63,288 nt of DNA from the NCBI GenBank assembly GCA_046484125.1, contig JAWOBX010000047.1:1-63288 (forward strand), read 5' to 3'. A program made the translations under genes and the position numbers. Every line of letters begins with the position of its first letter. The first letter of the stretch is position 1. The DNA is from Dehalococcoidia bacterium (GTDB lineage: Bacteria > Chloroflexota > Dehalococcoidia > SZUA-161 > SpSt-899). Under the pieces are notes generated by a model, which saw only the letters and a program-made list of their open reading frames with translations, was not told where the DNA came from and made no database searches. This document shows, piece by piece, positions 1-9,277 of the stretch.

Positions 1-185
1 AGCAATGCTCTTTTCACCGCATTGCTTCACTACAAAAGCTGGCCCACCGGTAACGCACTCGCAACCGCGAGTGCGTTACCGGTGGGCCAGCGTCGGGCGG
101 GTGATGGGGATAAGGCTCCAGTATTTGTATACAATCAATATCAGCGAAATTCTGGTTATTTAAGGGACATTACACTATTTGATGG
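1..185 (+). repeat. Family-2 conserved intergenic element, copy 1 (long form)
   Basis: Hairpin AGCAATGC-tcttttcacc-GCATTGCT (1-26) followed by TCACTA, then the module TATACAATCAATATCAGCGAAATTCTGGTTATTTAAGGGACATTACAC (about 127-175). The same architecture occurs at 35701-35822, with a short form at 51119-51166 (27 nt identical to 5-31). Confidence 0.6.
39..90. repeat. Perfect 24-bp inverted repeat with 4-nt loop
   Basis: CTGGCCCACCGGTAACGCACTCGC-aacc-GCGAGTGCGTTACCGGTGGGCCAG. It is absent from the paralogous element at 35701-35822, so it looks like an insertion into copy 1. Confidence 0.85.
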
Positions 186-311
186 TTGAACCGCGATAGT
201 CAAGTCAATATCATAAGGGAAAACAGTGAGAATGCAGAGCCAATCTCAAAAGATACTTTTGGGAATGACAGAATATCATATTCTGAGGTGGACCAAACTG
301 GAGGTTTGAGC

Positions 312-683
312 ATGGAAATTGTCACATCGGACATCGTCGATCCAAACAGGGTCTATGACCGCATTCAGAGAAATACGGCGGGATCGGTCGTTCTGCATTT
401 CGCCGTCGTGCGCGGCCAGACAGGAGAGCAGATAACCGAGTCGATCGAGTTTGAAAGGCAGGGGGACATCGAAGCCGAGTTGAGGTCGATTACCAGTGAT
501 GCCCGGGAAAACTACAAGATAGAGGATTTTCTCATAATCCGGAGGCTGGGGAAACTGGTAGTAGGCGAAGTGATGTCTCTTGTGGCAGCCAGTGCTCCTC
601 ATAGAGAAGATGCCTTCGATGCCTGCCGCCTGGGTGTAGAAAGAATGAAGAAGATGAAGACAGTAGGGAAAACCGAGAGGTAA
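312..683 (+). CDS. moaE: Molybdopterin synthase catalytic subunit MoaE
   Basis: The translation has the MoaE pattern (VVLHFAVVRG...IIRRLGKLVVGEVMSLVAASAPHREDAFDACR). ATG at 312 is preceded by GGAGG; the track ORF starts at TTG 186, which I regard as an over-extension. Confidence 0.75.
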   Translation: MEIVTSDIVDPNRVYDRIQRNTAGSVVLHFAVVRGQTGEQITESIEFERQGDIEAELRSITSDARENYKIEDFLIIRRLGKLVVGEVMSLVAASAPHREDAFDACRLGVERMKKMKTVGKTER

Positions 684-700
684 GTGCCCTTTACGTAGGA

Positions 701-1327
701 TCAGTACCAGTTGACCAGCACCCGGAAAAGCACATTGATAAACACATGAATAAATACCGCCGGCCAGTATGAACCGCCACGGTAGGCCACATATCCGAAA
801 TATATACCCATCGGGATGGTGCTGATCGCTTCGATCTCAGGTTTGTCAAGATGAAGGATTAAGAACGGGATCATCTGGATCAGGATACTTCCCTCATTAA
901 GCCGCTCCTTCAAACCGAAGAGGATAAAGCCCCGGAAGATAAATTCCCAGCCTGACTGGTAAAGTAACGTCTGCCAGAGGTAGGCGGGCAGCGTAAAATC
1001 CTGGATTGTATAGTAATCCTCCAGTGAGGCGAAGTAAGAGGCGATGAAGAGGATTGGCACTGCCACGAGACAGGCGGCGACGACATGAAGGCCCCATATC
1101 CGGTAGTTACCGATCCTCAGTCCAAAATCAAGGGGATTTCTTCGTAACATGAGCAGGATGGCGATGATAGGCAAAGCGCCATAAAAAAGCAGTGAGTCCG
1201 CCCAGCGTGAACCAATAGAATGGTATTCACCAAGTGCCAGGAACAATCCGGCAAGGGCGATAACTATTGCCTCCTGGCGATTGCGCCCGAGGAAGCGGCC
1301 GATTTCCCTGATTTCGGTGGTGACCAT
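701..1327 (-). CDS. CPBP family intramembrane glutamic endopeptidase (CAAX protease-like)
   Basis: Polytopic membrane protein with the GWEFIFRGF (EExxxR-type) motif and FIHVFINV (H-motif). Confidence 0.7.
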   Translation of the reverse strand: MVTTEIREIGRFLGRNRQEAIVIALAGLFLALGEYHSIGSRWADSLLFYGALPIIAILLMLRRNPLDFGLRIGNYRIWGLHVVAACLVAVPILFIASYFASLEDYYTIQDFTLPAYLWQTLLYQSGWEFIFRGFILFGLKERLNEGSILIQMIPFLILHLDKPEIEAISTIPMGIYFGYVAYRGGSYWPAVFIHVFINVLFRVLVNWY

Positions 1328-1501
1328 AGATAATCGTGCTCATTATACACTTTAGATGGTATAAATGCCTCCCGGTTAAATATATGATAGAATCCCTGAT
1401 GTCAAGTTACATTTGCGAGGAATGTTTCCGCTCTTGAGAATACCGCCAGCGGCGTTATCTGGTTCACAGGATAAAACTGCATCACTTAAACAATTGGGAG
1501 A

Positions 1502-2596
1502 ATGATTATGGATTTTGAACCGAAGTGTCGGACAACCGCGATGGGAATAATGCCTCACACAGACCCGCGGGCGGCTCTTGAGCTGGCTCTGAGTCTCGAT
1601 GTGCCTTTCTGGCCCCAGCTTCCAAGGCTTACCTTCAGCGAGGATATGTTCGCCCAGTTCGCGAAGGGTTTTCCCGGCGCCTATATAAACGAGGTGGAGG
1701 GCAGAATCGAGTTTGATACAGAAAACTTCCTGGAGGAGCTCCATCACTATTCGGCGGGCATGGACGATATGGAGGCTTTCAGGATTGACGACGATACGTC
1801 GATGACTTTCCCTCGATTTATGAAGGCAGATTTAGAGAGCAGGGCGGCGATCAGGGGGCAGGTTTGTGGGCCGGTAAACTTCGGCTTTCGGGTCACGGAT
1901 CAACAACGCAGACCGCTCATCTACAACGATGATGTAAGGGAAATCCTCTTCGATTTCGCGTTGCGCAAGGTGAATTCTCAGTACCGCGAGCTGGCCGCGA
2001 AGAACTCGAACGCTTTTGTATGGGTGGATGAGCCGGGGCTGGGATGGGTATTCAATTCCTTCGCCGGCTACAATGAGCTTCAGGCCAGCGAGGATTATAG
2101 AAGGTTTCTTGATGGATTTGAGGGGCCGAGGGCGATACACCTATGCCTGAATGTGCACCTGCCATATCTGCTTGATCTGGGGCTGGATATCCTTTCCATT
2201 GATGTTTTCCAGCTTGATACAATGCCCAAAGCCTATTCCGAGCCCATCGCTGAATTCCTGCTTGGGGGCGGTATAATGGTCTGGGGAATCGTGCCCACCG
2301 AATCAGACACACTTGACCCGGAAACCCCGCAAACCCTTCTGGAGAGGCTGGCAGGTTACTGGAAGGTTATAGAGGATAATTCAAATATCTCCAGGGAACA
2401 GATAGCTCGACGTTCTCTGATCGCTCCTTCAAAATGCTGTATTAAGAACGCCGTTAACGTTGAAATGAAGGAGCGGGTTCGTGAAACAGCCATTGATTGC
2501 CCGAACCATTATATGGAGGAGGAGCTCGTGGAAAGGGCTTTTTCCTATTTGCCGGAGATATCAGGTATGCTCAGGGATAGGTTTCGCCTGCATTGA
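1502..2596 (+). CDS. MetE catalytic-domain-like (core-MetE / URO-D superfamily) zinc methyltransferase
   Basis: About 360 aa, with candidate Zn ligands IHLC and APSKCC in the positions typical of the cobalamin-independent methionine synthase C-terminal domain. Family assignment is by eye only. Confidence 0.45.
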   Translation: MIMDFEPKCRTTAMGIMPHTDPRAALELALSLDVPFWPQLPRLTFSEDMFAQFAKGFPGAYINEVEGRIEFDTENFLEELHHYSAGMDDMEAFRIDDDTSMTFPRFMKADLESRAAIRGQVCGPVNFGFRVTDQQRRPLIYNDDVREILFDFALRKVNSQYRELAAKNSNAFVWVDEPGLGWVFNSFAGYNELQASEDYRRFLDGFEGPRAIHLCLNVHLPYLLDLGLDILSIDVFQLDTMPKAYSEPIAEFLLGGGIMVWGIVPTESDTLDPETPQTLLERLAGYWKVIEDNSNISREQIARRSLIAPSKCCIKNAVNVEMKERVRETAIDCPNHYMEEELVERAFSYLPEISGMLRDRFRLH

Positions 2597-2604
2597 AGGG
2601 GAAG

Positions 2605-2871
2605 TTACTTTTCCGACAGGTTTACTATTGTCACCCCTCCTCCCCCCTCCCACGGCTCCGCGGGGCGAAATGAATCAACCAGGGGGTGACGTGACAGTTC
2701 ACGTCTGACCTCGAGACGGAGTGTACCGGTGCCCTTACCATGAATCACTCGTACGGTGTGCAGTCCGGCGGAGTATGTCTGGCTGAGAAATTTATCCAGC
2801 CTTATAAGCGCTTCATCCACTGGAAGCCTTCTCAGCATGATTTCTCTCTCCGGCAAATGATAATCGTTCAT
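2605..2871 (-). CDS. Smr domain protein
   Basis: LPVDEALIRLDKFL...VRVIHGKGTGTLR is a typical Smr/MutS2 C-terminal domain. Confidence 0.8.
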   Translation of the reverse strand: MNDYHLPEREIMLRRLPVDEALIRLDKFLSQTYSAGLHTVRVIHGKGTGTLRLEVRRELSRHPLVDSFRPAEPWEGGGGVTIVNLSEK

Positions 2872-2998
2872 CTTCTTTTACAGCGGTTATAGTATAGCCG
2901 GTTTCACCAGATTAAGAAACAGACCGACCCCTCGAAGGATTGACAGGGAGGTTTCCATCGTAGTTAGCGGGTATGACTGTGGAGTTAGTGGTGTATCA

Positions 2999-3027
2999 TA
3001 GACACTGGAGATTGGTGGAGGTATAAT
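2999..3027 (+). promoter_or_regulatory. Candidate sigma70-type promoter for hsp20-lon
   Basis: TAGACA (2999-3004), 17-nt spacer, TATAAT (3022-3027), 65 nt upstream of the hsp20 ATG. The leader carries a direct repeat ATGCGGATA x2. Confidence 0.4.
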
Positions 3028-3092
3028 GGCTTTCGCGCACAGCATTTTTGTAATGCGGATATCAATTCCCACGAATCTATGCGGATAAGGAG

Positions 3093-3569
3093 ATGATTAT
3101 GGCTGCACGTAGCAGGGATTGGCTGAGCGAAATCGACGCGATACAGCGCCAGATGGAGCGCCTTCTGGATCATTATGCTGGTTCTAAACCACCGATGGTC
3201 CATTTCGCAAAGAGGGCATGGGAGCCGGCGGTCGATGTATACGAAACGAACGAATCGGTGGTAGTGATCGTGGAGATCGCTGGCGTTGATGAGGAGAACT
3301 TACAGTTAACAATGGAGCGGGGGAACCTGGTGATACGAGGCAATAGACCCATACCTGGTGCTGGAACCAGCCGGTCATATCACCAGATGGAGATTGTGAG
3401 CGGTTTGTTTGAGCGGATTATCCATCTGCCTGTTCCGGTTGATACAGAGAAGGCGGGTGCTTCGTACAATGGAGGTATGCTGAAAATTACCATTCCCAAG
3501 AGTGAGCGGAGTGGATCCGGCAGGTCCAGGGTTACTATTCGCTATGGCAGGAGAGATTCAAATGGTTGA
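3093..3569 (+). CDS. hsp20: Hsp20/alpha-crystallin small heat-shock protein
   Basis: WEPAVDVYETNESVVVIVEIAGV...GMLKITIPK is an alpha-crystallin domain. Confidence 0.9.
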   Translation: MIMAARSRDWLSEIDAIQRQMERLLDHYAGSKPPMVHFAKRAWEPAVDVYETNESVVVIVEIAGVDEENLQLTMERGNLVIRGNRPIPGAGTSRSYHQMEIVSGLFERIIHLPVPVDTEKAGASYNGGMLKITIPKSERSGSGRSRVTIRYGRRDSNG

Positions 3570-5922
3570 TGCGAAGCAGGAGAACCGGGCGCCGAATGAG
3601 CTGGAAATACCCGAGGAGATGGCGATTCTCCCCAGTGACGGGGACGTGATCTATCCCACCATGATCTCTCCACTGGCGACCTCCAATGAGAAGACGATCA
3701 AACTCATTGATGACGTTTCCGGTGCCGGGAAGTTTCTTGGCGTATTTCCGCTTAGATCAGCGGAGGAAGAGGCGTCCGCCGATAATTTCAACGAGATAGG
3801 AACTGCGGCTTCGGTAGTCAGATTTGTGAGGGTGCCGGATGGTTCGATTCGGGCGCTGGTGCAGGGTATAGCCAGGATAAGGCTCAAAGAGGTGATTGAA
3901 ACGGAACCATATTTCCAGGCGAAAGTGGAGCCCGTTACGGAGCAAGTGGATAAGAGTGCCGAAGTGGAGGCACTGACTAGGAATCTCAAAGAACTGTTTC
4001 AGAAGTTGGTTACCCTTGCCCCAAACCTGCCCGATGAAATAGCCGGCATGGTATATAACCTTAGCGAGCCCGGGAATACCGCTGATGTAATAGCCGCGCA
4101 CATAAATTTGAGCGCGGATGAGAAGCGCCAGATATTAAGCGAGCTTGATGTTAGAAAGCGGATGGAGAAGCTCACCGAGTATTTAAATCGTGAGTTAGAG
4201 ATACTGGAGCTCGGGAGTAAGATTCAGTCACAGATCAAGGGTGAAATGGATAAGACCCAGAGGGAGTATTATCTGCGCGAGCAGCTCAAAGCGATACAAC
4301 AGGAACTTGGCGAGACCGATGAGCAAACGGCGGAGATAAATGAGCTCAGGGAGAAAATAGAACAGGCTCAATTGCCGGAGGAAGCTCACAAGGAGGCGGA
4401 AAGGGAGCTCGACCGGTTGAGTAAGATGCCTCCTCAGGCAGCGGAATACAGTATGGTTAAGACGTACCTCGACTGGTTGATAAGCCTGCCGTGGAACAAG
4501 AGTACCGAAGAAAGTATAGATATAAAGCGAGCGGCGAAAATACTCGACGAAGATCACTATGATCTGGAGCGTGTAAAAGAACGAATTCTCGACTATCTGG
4601 CGGTCAGAAAACTGAAACATGATATGAAAGGTCCGATACTGTGCTTTGTAGGTCCTCCGGGCACCGGAAAAACTTCCATTGGACAGTCTATTGCGCGGGC
4701 TCTGGGCAGAAAGTTCATAAGAATGTCGCTCGGAGGAATCAGGGACGAAGCGGAAATACGTGGTTTCCGACGGACTTATGTCGGGTCGTTACCCGGCAGG
4801 ATAATCCAGGGAATTAATCGGGCCGGTTCCAACGATCCCGTATTTATGCTTGACGAGATCGATAAAGTTGGCGCTGATTTTCGGGGAGATCCATCGGCGG
4901 CTTTGCTGGAAGTTCTCGATCCGGAACAAAACAATTCATTCTTCGATCATTATCTGGATGTGCCCTTCGACCTGTCGAAGGTCATGTTCATAACCACTGC
5001 CAACCTTGAAGATCCTATCCTTCCAGCTCTGCGTGATCGAATGGAAGTGCTGGAGTTGCCGGGTTATACCGAGATGGAGAAACTTCACATAGCCAGGCAG
5101 TTCCTGATCCCCAAGCAAATTCGTGAAAACGGCATATCAAAAAGTAACGTCATTTTCTCGGATGAGGCGATTAAAGCCGTAATCAGAAAATACACCAGGG
5201 AAGCCGGACTCAGGAATCTGGAACGTGAGATCGGGACTATTTGCCGCAAGGTGGCCCGCGCCGTCGCGACCGATCGTAACAAGAAGATGCGTATAAATTT
5301 AAAGAGAGTACACGAATTCCTGGGCCCGGAGAAATTCCATTACGAGGTCGCCGAAGGTGACGATGAAATTGGCGTGGCCACCGGCCTTGCCTGGACGCAA
5401 ACGGGAGGTGATGTGCTCTTCGTAGAGGCCATGCTGGTACCGGGAAAAGGGAATTTGATACTCACCGGCAAACTGGGTGATGTAATGCAGGAATCGGCCA
5501 GGGCGGCCTTGACGTATATCAGGTCCAGGGCATCTTCCCTGGGGGTCAAAGACGATTTCGCGGAGAAGAAGGATATCCACGTTCACGTGCCGGCCGGGGC
5601 GATACCCAAAGATGGGCCCTCTGCCGGGGTAACTATGGCAGTGGCTCTTGCCTCAGCCGTATCCAGAAAGCCGGTAAGGAAGGATGTGGCTATGACTGGT
5701 GAGATCACCCTGAGAGGGAAGGTTATGCCCGTTGGCGGCATAAAGGAAAAGGTGCTTGCCGCACACCGCGCGGGGGCCAGGAAGGTGGTTTTACCCAAAG
5801 ACAATGAGAAGGATATCGAGGAAGTGCCTCAGGGTGTCAAGGATGAGCTTGAATTCGTTTTTACTGATAATATCGATGATGTTTTAAATCAGACGCTCTC
5901 GGGTGATGTTGTGGTATCGTGA
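3562..5922 (+). CDS. lon: ATP-dependent Lon protease
   Basis: Walker [10 protein letters not shown] and the protease motif PKDGPSAGV, with Lon architecture over the full length. ATG 3562 overlaps the hsp20 stop (ATGGTTGA); the track start at 3502 is an extension. Confidence 0.95.
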   Translation: MVDAKQENRAPNELEIPEEMAILPSDGDVIYPTMISPLATSNEKTIKLIDDVSGAGKFLGVFPLRSAEEEASADNFNEIGTAASVVRFVRVPDGSIRALVQGIARIRLKEVIETEPYFQAKVEPVTEQVDKSAEVEALTRNLKELFQKLVTLAPNLPDEIAGMVYNLSEPGNTADVIAAHINLSADEKRQILSELDVRKRMEKLTEYLNRELEILELGSKIQSQIKGEMDKTQREYYLREQLKAIQQELGETDEQTAEINELREKIEQAQLPEEAHKEAERELDRLSKMPPQAAEYSMVKTYLDWLISLPWNKSTEESIDIKRAAKILDEDHYDLERVKERILDYLAVRKLKHDMKGPILCFVGPPGTGKTSIGQSIARALGRKFIRMSLGGIRDEAEIRGFRRTYVGSLPGRIIQGINRAGSNDPVFMLDEIDKVGADFRGDPSAALLEVLDPEQNNSFFDHYLDVPFDLSKVMFITTANLEDPILPALRDRMEVLELPGYTEMEKLHIARQFLIPKQIRENGISKSNVIFSDEAIKAVIRKYTREAGLRNLEREIGTICRKVARAVATDRNKKMRINLKRVHEFLGPEKFHYEVAEGDDEIGVATGLAWTQTGGDVLFVEAMLVPGKGNLILTGKLGDVMQESARAALTYIRSRASSLGVKDDFAEKKDIHVHVPAGAIPKDGPSAGVTMAVALASAVSRKPVRKDVAMTGEITLRGKVMPVGGIKEKVLAAHRAGARKVVLPKDNEKDIEEVPQGVKDELEFVFTDNIDDVLNQTLSGDVVVS

Positions 5923-6062
5923 TATTATTGTACTATCCTGGAGAACCAACTCGATTGACGGTAGAGCCATGAGTTGACGCCAGTGCGTCGTGCAACTCTT
6001 GTGCAGATTTGTGAGGGGCGGTAAATCAGTACAGTATTTGAATAAGGAGGTACAGATTCGAG

Positions 6063-6866
6063 ATGCTGAAACTCGCGGTCTCGGGGAAAGGGGGGGTGGG
6101 GAAAACAACGCTCTCCAGCCTGATGGCGCGCATATACGCGGCCAGGGGGCATAACGTAATAGCCATCGACGCCAATCCGGATGCCAATTTCGGGGCGGCA
6201 CTGGGCATTCCTCTTGAGGATATTGAGAAAATAACGCCGATAGCCGAGATGAACGAGTTGATAGAGGAGCGGACCGGCGCAAAGCCGGGTACCGCGGCCC
6301 CGTTTTTTAAGATGAATCCCAAGGTGGATGATATCCCGGATCGATTTTCCGTCGATAAGGACGGGGTGAAGCTGCTGATGCTGGGAACCGTTGATACCGG
6401 CGGGATGGGCTGTATCTGTCCGGAGAGCACACTTCTAAGAGCGCTTCTCAGCCACTTGATCCTCAGGAGAGAAGATACCATCATACTGGATATGGATGCA
6501 GGGGTGGAACACCTCGCACGCGGCACTGTCCGTGCGGTCGACGCTTTCATTGTTGTTGTTGAACCAGGCCAGAGGAGTATACAGACGGCAAGATCCGTTA
6601 AGAAGCTGGCTGCTGATCTTGGGGTTAAAAAGACTTACGTTGTGGGGAACAAAATAGAGAGGCCCGAAGATCAGGAGTTGATCAAGTCGAGCCTACCGGA
6701 TTTAGAGGTGATCGGGTTCCTCAGCGCTGACCCCCTGGTTCGCGAGGCCGATTTCAAGGGTTTGAGTCCCTATGATATGGCTCCGAACGCTGTGGCTGAG
6801 GCAACTCAAATCGTGGATCATCTTGAGAAGATGCATGGAGGAGGAGATGGCAAAAAAGACGGTTAG
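6063..6866 (+). CDS. cooC: CooC-type P-loop nickel-insertion/maturation ATPase (MinD/ParA superfamily)
   Basis: Deviant Walker A SGKGGVGKTT and the CooC-characteristic GCICPES (CxC) motif. Confidence 0.65.
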   Translation: MLKLAVSGKGGVGKTTLSSLMARIYAARGHNVIAIDANPDANFGAALGIPLEDIEKITPIAEMNELIEERTGAKPGTAAPFFKMNPKVDDIPDRFSVDKDGVKLLMLGTVDTGGMGCICPESTLLRALLSHLILRREDTIILDMDAGVEHLARGTVRAVDAFIVVVEPGQRSIQTARSVKKLAADLGVKKTYVVGNKIERPEDQELIKSSLPDLEVIGFLSADPLVREADFKGLSPYDMAPNAVAEATQIVDHLEKMHGGGDGKKDG

Positions 6867-8034
6867 GGACATCGACGTTACAGGGAAGAAGGTGCTGGTA
6901 CGGGTGGACTTCAATGTTCCCCGGGATAAAGCCACAGGGGAGATAGCGGATGACTCTCGTATAATTGCCGCTCTTCCAACGATTAACTACCTTCTCGAGC
7001 GAAACGCGAAAGTGATACTCTGCTCCCATCTGGGTCGGCCGAAGGGGGAAGTAAAGGAAGACTTGAGATTGAATAAAGTGGGTGACAGACTTTCAAGGAA
7101 CCTGGCCAGGCCGGTTATCTGCACTCGCGATTGTGTTGGCCCCGAAGTTGGAAGTACGGTCGATTCGATGCAGCCCGGAGACGTTCTTCTTCTTGAGAAC
7201 CTGAGATTTCATCCGGAGGAAGAGGAGAACTCCCCGGAGTTTGCCAGAGAACTTGCCAGCCTGGCCGATATCTATGTAAATGACGCGTTCGGTACCGCGC
7301 ACAGGGCTCATGCTTCCACCACTGGTGTGGCTGACTATCTCCCGGCTGTATCAGGCTTTCTTATGGAGAGAGAGATAGAATTCCTGGGTAAAGCACTGGC
7401 GGAGCCGGAGCGTCCTTTTGCCATGGTAGTCGGGGGAGCCAAAGTGGCGGATAAAATCGGGCTTATTGAGAATATCATTGATAAGGTTAACAAGATAGTG
7501 ATCGGGGGAGGGATGGCTCATACCTTCCTCAAGGCCCATGGCTATTCGGTCGGCGATTCCAGTGTAGAAGAGGACCAGATGGATACCAGCCGGGATCTGA
7601 TGAAAAAGGCTGAATCAAAGGGTGTGCTGATGCTTTTGCCGGTAGATGGAGTCGCAGCAAAGGAGTTCACGGCCGAATCCGAGCATAAGGTCGTTTCTAT
7701 TGACAGTGTTCCGGACGGCTGGCAGATACTGGATATCGGCCCGGAGACGGTAAGCAGGTTTAAAGACGCGTTGGAGGAATGCCGGACTATTGTATGGAAT
7801 GGCCCGATGGGAGTATTTGAATATTCGGCTTTCGCCGAGGGAACGAAGGCGATCGCCACGTTTATAGCTGATCTGGGAGCAACCACTATCGTAGGTGGAG
7901 GCGATTCTGCCGCCGCCGTGAAACAACTGGGCCTCGAGGGGAAGATTACGCATGTTTCGACGGGGGGAGGGGCTTCACTGGAGTTTCTGGAGGGCAAGAG
8001 GTTGCCCGGCGTGGAAGTGCTGCTGGATAAATAA
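6847..8034 (+). CDS. pgk: Phosphoglycerate kinase
   Basis: MAKKTVRDIDVTGKKVLVRVDFNVP... is the canonical PGK N-terminus, and the match continues over the full length. ATG 6847 is used rather than the track start at 6772. Confidence 0.95.
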   Translation: MAKKTVRDIDVTGKKVLVRVDFNVPRDKATGEIADDSRIIAALPTINYLLERNAKVILCSHLGRPKGEVKEDLRLNKVGDRLSRNLARPVICTRDCVGPEVGSTVDSMQPGDVLLLENLRFHPEEEENSPEFARELASLADIYVNDAFGTAHRAHASTTGVADYLPAVSGFLMEREIEFLGKALAEPERPFAMVVGGAKVADKIGLIENIIDKVNKIVIGGGMAHTFLKAHGYSVGDSSVEEDQMDTSRDLMKKAESKGVLMLLPVDGVAAKEFTAESEHKVVSIDSVPDGWQILDIGPETVSRFKDALEECRTIVWNGPMGVFEYSAFAEGTKAIATFIADLGATTIVGGGDSAAAVKQLGLEGKITHVSTGGGASLEFLEGKRLPGVEVLLDK

Positions 8035-8063
8035 TGTGGGGTGGTGGGGTTTCCGGCCTGTTC

Positions 8064-8954
8064 TCAACGGGCCGGTTCTTCAACGAGGCGGATTTCGTTG
8101 CTGGCAAGTGGCTGTTCGATCCAGAAGAGTTCGCCGTTTAAGAAAACGTGATGGGTGGCGTTGATTTCAGGTACGTGGCAGACGAAGGATTGATGATTGG
8201 TTCCTCCGTATTCAACTTCCTCGAGTTCCCCGTTCACTTCAATAGTGAGTTCCGCTGTGTTCAGGTCGTCAGGTAATAAAGCCTCAACTTTGTACGTTTT
8301 ACCGGTTTCCAGTGGAAGGGTCATGTACAGGATATTCCAGAAACCCAGCATCCGGTTTGTAAGCAGCACCGTATCCGGCTTGAGCGGTATCGTTTTTTCC
8401 TCTGGGCTTCCGGAAACAATAACCGTACACTGGGCCGAACCGCTCTGAACCTGGCAGTCGACCGACTGCTTCCGGGAGCCTCAGCCGGAGCCGATTGAGG
8501 AGGTTTCCTGGTAGGAGACGGGATAGCCGGCACGGTCTATTTTAAGGGTGCTACTGGCGACGGTAGGCTGACACATTGAGCTGGAATCGAGGTCAAGCTG
8601 TGATTCCACGGTGTAGATATCGTTTCCGTTCAGTTCCTCTGTGGCGACTATTTTTATCTCGTTGGTCCCGAAAGTTGTGCCGTTTTCATAAAACTGATAG
8701 TTCCACGTCTGACCGACAGAGAGATCGAGGTTACGGGGTATCCACGGGGAGGGCGACGGGGAGGTGGGTGACGGTGAACTTGTTGGCTCGTATGTTACCG
8801 ATGGAGTGGGGGTATCTGTAGATGGCGGGTGGGACGCCGGTGAGACAGGTTGCTCTTTGCCTCCATTATCGCAACCAGTGAAAACGGGTATTACACATAG
8901 CGCGATTACCGCTGCCATCAATATCAGGTATCTTTCCATGGTTCTTGAAATCAT
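8064..8954 (-). CDS. Putative lipoprotein. One reading frame is interrupted by a single in-frame TGA (8481-8483), making it a candidate selenoprotein or a nonsense pseudogene.
   Basis: N-terminus has a signal peptide plus lipobox (VFTGC) and a Pro/Thr/Ser linker. Track ORFs 8481..8954 and 8064..8369 are in the same frame, and the 111 nt between them contains no other stop (..SSIGSG-TGA-GSRKQSVDCQVQSGSAQC..). The downstream piece has no ATG with an SD. Confidence 0.45.
8454..8469 (-). promoter_or_regulatory. Hairpin GCAGUC-GGUC-GACUGC starting 11 nt 3' of the in-frame TGA (SECIS-like candidate)
   Basis: 6-bp stem with a GGUC tetraloop, read directly on the minus strand. The loop lies about 18 nt after the TGA. 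Confidence 0.35.
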
Positions 8955-8983
8955 TTTTAACGGGAATTATATCATGTCAGGGT

Positions 8984-9256
8984 TTAAAAGTCATCCTCAT
9001 AAATCTGGTCTGGCGCGAACCCGCCATCCAGCCCGAACCTGTCGGCCTCCTCTTCGCTATAGGTATCAAACGTCTCCCCGCTTGACAGGGGTTCCATTAT
9101 CGCTATGAAATTCCTTGAGAAGACCTTCGTCACAGGGGACCCACACTCAGGGCATGTTTGCAGAGGCTGGTCCTTCACGCCCTGCCTTATCTCAAATCTA
9201 TTCATGCAGAAATTGCATCCATTGTGTTCTCTGGATATATATTCATATATTGGCAT
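8984..9256 (-). CDS. FmdB-family zinc-ribbon putative regulatory protein
   Basis: MPIYEY...CNFC...CPECG is the CxxC_CxxC_SSSS pattern. Confidence 0.8.
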   Translation of the reverse strand: MPIYEYISREHNGCNFCMNRFEIRQGVKDQPLQTCPECGSPVTKVFSRNFIAIMEPLSSGETFDTYSEEEADRFGLDGGFAPDQIYEDDF

Positions 9257-9277
9257 GGTTATCGGTTTCTCCCGCTT

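Noticed and set aside
186-311. TTG-initiated 42-aa extension of moaE; similar extensions at 3502-3561 (lon), 6772-6846 (pgk), 35546-35659 (pfpI), 42085-42132, 46168-46275, 49745-49783, 62063-62080 and 26417-26467
   Set aside because: In each case an internal ATG with a clear Shine-Dalgarno sequence coincides with the start of family homology. The upstream parts overlap neighbouring genes or repeats.
2872-3092. CIRCE or HAIR heat-shock operator upstream of hsp20-lon
   Set aside because: TTAGC..GAGTTAG fragments are present, but they do not form the TTAGCACTC-N9-GAGTGCTAA consensus. Only a generic promoter call was retained.
8321-8533. 70-aa minus-strand ORF spanning the lipoprotein TGA region in another frame (possible frameshift explanation)
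   Set aside because: The two large ORFs are already in the same frame, so no frameshift is needed. The 70-aa translation is Pro/Arg/Ser-rich junk.
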